From the NCBI GenBank assembly GCA_965237675.1, contig OZ250150.1, positions 640,001 to 704,000 of the forward strand: a DNA stretch of 64,000 nucleotides. The letters are read 5' to 3'. Made by a program: the position numbers and the translations under genes. A model generated the notes under the pieces. The model saw nothing but the letters and a program-made list of their open reading frames with translations, ran no database searches and had not been told where the DNA came from. How positions within the stretch are numbered: the first letter of the stretch is position 1; each line of letters begins with the position of its first letter. Of this stretch, positions 59,937 through 64,000 are shown piece after piece. The stretch comes from Candidatus Latescibacterota bacterium (GTDB lineage Bacteria; Latescibacterota; UBA2968; GCA-2709665).

Positions 59937-60583
59937 CGTCGTCCGAATGCCGCCGATATGCGATTCCTGGGGGAATTTACCGGACAGAAAAAGAGATTGA
60001 ACGCAGCCGGTTCATCGCTACGATAACACACGCGCAGACGGTGGAATCGGCAAGGTCGTTCGTGGAACGGATACGTGCGGAATTCTCGGACGCGACTCAC
60101 AATTGCTGGGCATATCTGATCGGACCGCCTGGCACGACGGGCACGGCGGGAATGAGCGACGACGGAGAACCCCGCGGCACGGCGGGGCGGCCGATGTTGA
60201 CAACGTTGGTGCATAGCGGCGTGGGCGACGTCGCGGTCGTGGTTACACGGTACTTTGGCGGCACGAAGCTGGGCCGGGGCGGCCTGGTTCGCGCGTATTC
60301 CGGCGCGGTGAAAGCCGTGCTGGAAAAACTCAGTCTTGCTGAACGTGTGGTTTGCCAGATGCTGCACGTGACTATCGATTATGCAACAGTGACGGCCTTT
60401 AAGCGGTTGCTTGCGCGATACGAAGCAGACGTGGCGGCCGAGTCGTTTGCCGAGAAGGTGGAATACAGACTTCGATTGCCCTGCGAGCGCGAGGGGGCAT
60501 TCCGTGCTGAACTCGTCAATCTGACCCAAGGTGAGGCGATCGTGGAGGTGATTTCTCCGGACCGGGGAGGTGTTGATGGATAA
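59933..60583 (+). CDS. YigZ/IMPACT family protein
   Basis: RSRFI, ATHNCWAY, SDDGEPRGTAG, RYFGGTKLG. Confidence 0.93.
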   Translation: MTSSECRRYAIPGGIYRTEKEIERSRFIATITHAQTVESARSFVERIRAEFSDATHNCWAYLIGPPGTTGTAGMSDDGEPRGTAGRPMLTTLVHSGVGDVAVVVTRYFGGTKLGRGGLVRAYSGAVKAVLEKLSLAERVVCQMLHVTIDYATVTAFKRLLARYEADVAAESFAEKVEYRLRLPCEREGAFRAELVNLTQGEAIVEVISPDRGGVDG

Positions 60584-61802
60584 AGCGGCACTCCTGGGCG
60601 GCTCGCCCGTCCGATCCAGACCGTTTCCGTCCTGGCCGCAGTCGGACGGGCGGGATCTGGATTATCTGCGCGAGGTACTGGATACGAGCCTGTGGGGAGG
60701 TACCATCCACGGCCCGAAGGTGACGTCGTTTTGCGATGCATTCGCGAAGTATTCGGATGCGCGACATGGCGTGGGGATGGGCAGCTGTACGGCCGGGCTG
60801 GAGTTGTCCCTCCGGGCATTCGGCGTCGGACCGGGAGACGAAGTGATCGTCCCTGCCTACACGTTTATAGCAACGGCGCTGGCGCCGCTTACGATCGGCG
60901 CGGATATCGTATTCGTGGACATCGACCCCCGGACGTTCTGCGCAACGCCTGAGACGATAGAAAGGGCGATATCGCCGCGCACGAAAGCGATGATTCCCGT
61001 CCATTTCGCCGGTCACGCAGCAAACGTGGAAGGAATTCAGGCGTTGGCGGACAAATACGGGCTGAAGGTGGTATGGGACGCGGCCCACGCGCACACATCC
61101 GGATGGCGGGGCAGGATGCTGGGCGGTCTCGGCGACGTGGCGGTCTACAGTTTCAACCACGCAAAGAATCTGACTTGCGGTGAGGGCGGGATTGTGACCA
61201 CGAACGACGAGGAGCTCGCGGATTTTCTGAAGTTTACACTTTCAACGTTCGGAAGAAAAAAGGGCCGGCCCTGGTACGAACATCACCATCTGGGGTTTTC
61301 GGATCCATTGACAGAATTTCAGGGCGCAATTCTGCAGGGACAGTTCGAGCGGTTGGAGGAGCAGAGCCTGAAGCGCGAGGAGAATGCCAGGTTGCTGATT
61401 CGCGGGTTGACGGAGGTTGAAGGAATAAAACCGCCGTTCATTTCGCCGGATGTCACACGCCACGGTTGGCACGTGTTCGTCATGACCTACAACGCGGAGG
61501 CATTCAAGGGGCTTCCCGTGGAGACGTTTCGCAGGGCGCTCGAAGCGGAGGGAATCCCGAACGGCGGGTATACCTATCCTTTGTATGACAATCCCATGTT
61601 CAACAAAGAGACAGGCGAGGTTGCCGGAGCGCAGGGCAGGTGCCGCGTGATGCCGTGTCCTGTGAGCGAGTGGGCATGCAGGGAAGGCGTATTCAATATA
61701 GCGCAATCGACGTTGCTGGATGACGCCGACGGGATGAACGATATTGTGGCGGCAATTGAGAAGGTAAAAGCAAATGCCAACGTTCTGGACTGGAAGGAGT
61801 GA
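60570..61802 (+). CDS. DegT/DnrJ/EryC1/StrS family aminotransferase
   Basis: GPGDEVIVP, DAAHAH, SFNHAKNLTCGEGG. Confidence 0.92.
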   Translation: MLMDKAALLGGSPVRSRPFPSWPQSDGRDLDYLREVLDTSLWGGTIHGPKVTSFCDAFAKYSDARHGVGMGSCTAGLELSLRAFGVGPGDEVIVPAYTFIATALAPLTIGADIVFVDIDPRTFCATPETIERAISPRTKAMIPVHFAGHAANVEGIQALADKYGLKVVWDAAHAHTSGWRGRMLGGLGDVAVYSFNHAKNLTCGEGGIVTTNDEELADFLKFTLSTFGRKKGRPWYEHHHLGFSDPLTEFQGAILQGQFERLEEQSLKREENARLLIRGLTEVEGIKPPFISPDVTRHGWHVFVMTYNAEAFKGLPVETFRRALEAEGIPNGGYTYPLYDNPMFNKETGEVAGAQGRCRVMPCPVSEWACREGVFNIAQSTLLDDADGMNDIVAAIEKVKANANVLDWKE

Positions 61803-61805
61803 GCG

Positions 61806-62624
61806 ATGCCCGAGACCGTTACCCTGACACTGTCCCAGCGGTATCACTTCGACACCTGCGGGTACGTATTGCTGGAAGACGCGTTGACGCCGGACGAGGT
61901 GGAGCGCATGAAGTCGGCGCTTTACCGGCTGAAAGCCGATCCCGAATCAGCGGCTCCGCGCGTGTATGTGCGCCCGAGGGGCGACCACCATGTGCTGTTT
62001 GGAAATCTGGTGGAGTACGACCCCGCCCTGCTGGACTATGCGGCCCATCCCCGACTCGTTCCCCTGGTGGAAGAGGTGGTGGGCGGTGCCGTGCGGCTGG
62101 AGGAGACGGAGGCGATCATCAACCGGCGGGATCCGAAGGCGGATCTAAATCAACTTCGGAAACGCCGGACCAATCCAACGGGTTTTCACAGGGGTACAAC
62201 GGCGACCTGGGGCTGCTATACGGAACAGGATCGGTTTCACTGTGTTTTCGTAAAGACGCTCGCTTATCTGACGGACGTAGGTCCGGATGACGGAGGCACT
62301 TGTCTGATTCCCGGCAGCCACCGATTGACATGGCCCCGCGAGGAGATGATTCGGGCGGCCATGGACGACGAACGGCTGATCCATCAGGTCGAGGCCAGGG
62401 CAGGTTCGGTACTCTTGTTCGGGGAGTCGCTCATTCACAGCACCACCGCCATCAAGAGCGATAAGGAGCGGGTGATTCTGGTTGCGGGATACACGCCGCC
62501 GATGCTACGGGAGTGGATGGGCAACGAAGTAAGCCCCGAATTTGCCGGGACCCTCCCGGAAGAGATACGACCGTTGATTACGGGCAGCGACAGCTGGAAC
62601 TGGCGGCGGAACTATTCACAGTAA
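61806..62624 (+). CDS. PhyH-family Fe(II)/2-oxoglutarate enzyme
   Basis: FDTCGYVLL, YLTDVGPDDGGT..IPGSH, AGSVLLF...IH, distal Arg. Confidence 0.88.
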   Translation: MPETVTLTLSQRYHFDTCGYVLLEDALTPDEVERMKSALYRLKADPESAAPRVYVRPRGDHHVLFGNLVEYDPALLDYAAHPRLVPLVEEVVGGAVRLEETEAIINRRDPKADLNQLRKRRTNPTGFHRGTTATWGCYTEQDRFHCVFVKTLAYLTDVGPDDGGTCLIPGSHRLTWPREEMIRAAMDDERLIHQVEARAGSVLLFGESLIHSTTAIKSDKERVILVAGYTPPMLREWMGNEVSPEFAGTLPEEIRPLITGSDSWNWRRNYSQ

Positions 62625-62651
62625 CATCGATTCTTTCGAGGAGTTCTCTCA

Positions 62652-63395
62652 ATGGCGGACTTGCGTGTATTTGTCGGAGATCTGACCCGATCAGAGTTTC
62701 GGAAGCGGATGGAGGCGGGTGTGATTGAGGCGGGGATTGTGCCGGTCGGTGCCACGGAGCAGCACAATGAACATCTGGAGATGATTCACGATGCATTTCA
62801 CGTGAGTCACGTCGCGGAACAGGCCGCCAAACGGCTTCATCCGCAGGTCGTGGTGGCGTCTCCCGTAAGCATCGGCGTCTCGGAACAATGGATGGAGCAT
62901 ATCGGGACGCTGACGGTGCGGCCGGAGATTTTTTGCGAGTACGTTTACGATGTGTGTGATTCACTCAGGCGGGCGGGTCTTCGAAATATCCTGATTCTGA
63001 ACGGCCATGGAGGAAACGTGAAACCGATTATGCGCCGCATTGACGAATACCGGGAACGGCTGGGTCTGAATCTCCGGTTTCAATCATATTGGGACGTGTA
63101 CGATCCCGCGCTGGTCTTTTCGACCATGGAGACCAACCGTCTTCCCGGACACGCCTGTGAATACGAAACCTCCACGATGATGGCGCTTGCGCCGGAACGG
63201 GTACACGCGGCGGATATAGACAATGAGGCGGCGACGCTCGCAACGAGAGAAAAAGGGGAGCGGCTACTCGAGCCGGCGGTTGCGGGTGTGGCGGCCGTGG
63301 TACGCAAAATGATCGAGGGCGAACCGGTGAATAAGCCTCCGGTCACGTTCGTGGATGGACAACGCATTCATATGGTGACCGGCGACCCGGTTTAG
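62652..63395 (+). CDS. Creatininase family amidohydrolase
   Basis: PVGATEQH..HL...D, NGHGGN, HACEYETS. Confidence 0.9.
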   Translation: MADLRVFVGDLTRSEFRKRMEAGVIEAGIVPVGATEQHNEHLEMIHDAFHVSHVAEQAAKRLHPQVVVASPVSIGVSEQWMEHIGTLTVRPEIFCEYVYDVCDSLRRAGLRNILILNGHGGNVKPIMRRIDEYRERLGLNLRFQSYWDVYDPALVFSTMETNRLPGHACEYETSTMMALAPERVHAADIDNEAATLATREKGERLLEPAVAGVAAVVRKMIEGEPVNKPPVTFVDGQRIHMVTGDPV

Positions 63396-63445
63396 CCTGG
63401 CGACCAAACGCGTTGCATATCTGCCTTCAGGCGAACCGCAAAAAA

Positions 63446-63521
63446 TGGAGCCGCCCGGGGGACTCGAACCCCCGACCTACGGATTACAAATCCGTTGCTC
63501 TACCAGCTGAGCTAGGGCGGC
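63446..63521 (-). tRNA. tRNA-Thr(TGT)
   Basis: GCCGCCCTAGCTCAGCTGGTAGAGCAACGGATTTGTAATCCGTAGGTCGGGGGTTCGAGTCCCCCGGGCGGCTCCA; 76 nt cloverleaf with encoded CCA. Confidence 0.98.
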
Positions 63522-63663
63522 TTGAATTCAGCAATTAATACTCCGGATCTGCGATGAAAGCCGTGCCCCTCCCGTGGTTATCCGGATAACGCTCTACGCC
63601 ACAAAAACGGAAGACAGACGAACCTCAGAGCCCTCATGCGGGTAGAAAGGCGCTCTCGATCCG

Positions 63664-64000
63664 TCAGGACCGCTTCCAGACCGTCCCCTCGGGTGTGTCC
63701 TCCAACGTATAGCCCAATTCTGTGAAACGATCCCGAATCTCGTCCGCCCGCGCCCAATTCCTCTCCTTCCTCGCCTGGTCACGTTCTGCGATCAGCGCCT
63801 TGAGATCGTCGGGAATTTCTTCCTTCCTTTCATCCTCGCGTGGCGTATAAAACACCCCCAGCACCTGATCGATCTCATCCACAAAGCCGTTAATCCGGTT
63901 GGCGCCATTCCGGTCCACCCGTCCCTCGCCAAGCAGATCCTCAACGGCATTCACCATCTCGAACACGGCGCTCATTGCACGCGGTGTCTTCAGATCGTCA
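63664..64000 (-). CDS. cysS: Cysteine--tRNA ligase, C-terminal part (5' end off the window)
   Basis: DDLKTPRA and R..ARKERNWARADEIRD...G..LED...GTVW. Confidence 0.92.
   Translation of the reverse strand, partial: DDLKTPRAMSAVFEMVNAVEDLLGEGRVDRNGANRINGFVDEIDQVLGVFYTPREDERKEEIPDDLKALIAERDQARKERNWARADEIRDRFTELGYTLEDTPEGTVWKRS

Noticed and set aside
63396-63521. Genomic island integrated at tRNA-Thr
   Set aside because: No integrase and no duplicated tRNA 3' end noticed in the window.

Overview
GC-rich bacterial chromosomal window of mostly housekeeping genes. The SecA insertion pattern suggests an FCB-group lineage, possibly Latescibacterota-like (inference only). In order: partial secA, a metallophosphoesterase, nusB-rib operon, a secreted S55 peptidase/beta-propeller pair, rlmH, amidase/TPR/TonB genes and an SDR. 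Next is a ~19.6 kb same-strand aromatic amino acid super-cluster (trpEGDCF, tyrS, DRE-TIM aldolase-like, trpBA, chorismate mutase, DAHP synthase, tyrA, aroA-like, aroE, ubiE/menG, argS, aroK, aroB). It is followed by mnmA, comM, fabV, a TPR-ExbB-ExbD-ExbD-TonB-TPR locus, guaB, several metabolic genes, tRNA-Thr(TGT) and partial cysS. The top finding is a 34-aa leader peptide, absent from the ORF track, upstream of trpE. It has 9 mixed Phe/Trp/Tyr codons in 15 positions and complete 1:2, 2:3 and 3:4 attenuator pairings, so it is a candidate single attenuator sensing all three aromatic amino acids. Other leads: an apparently catalytically dead EPSP synthase homolog, an unannotated 46-aa membrane protein, a candidate sRNA, a MITE-like family, a sigma54 promoter before comM, and a PhyH-family enzyme with a halogenase-like HxG motif. 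All calls are by eye; no searches were run.
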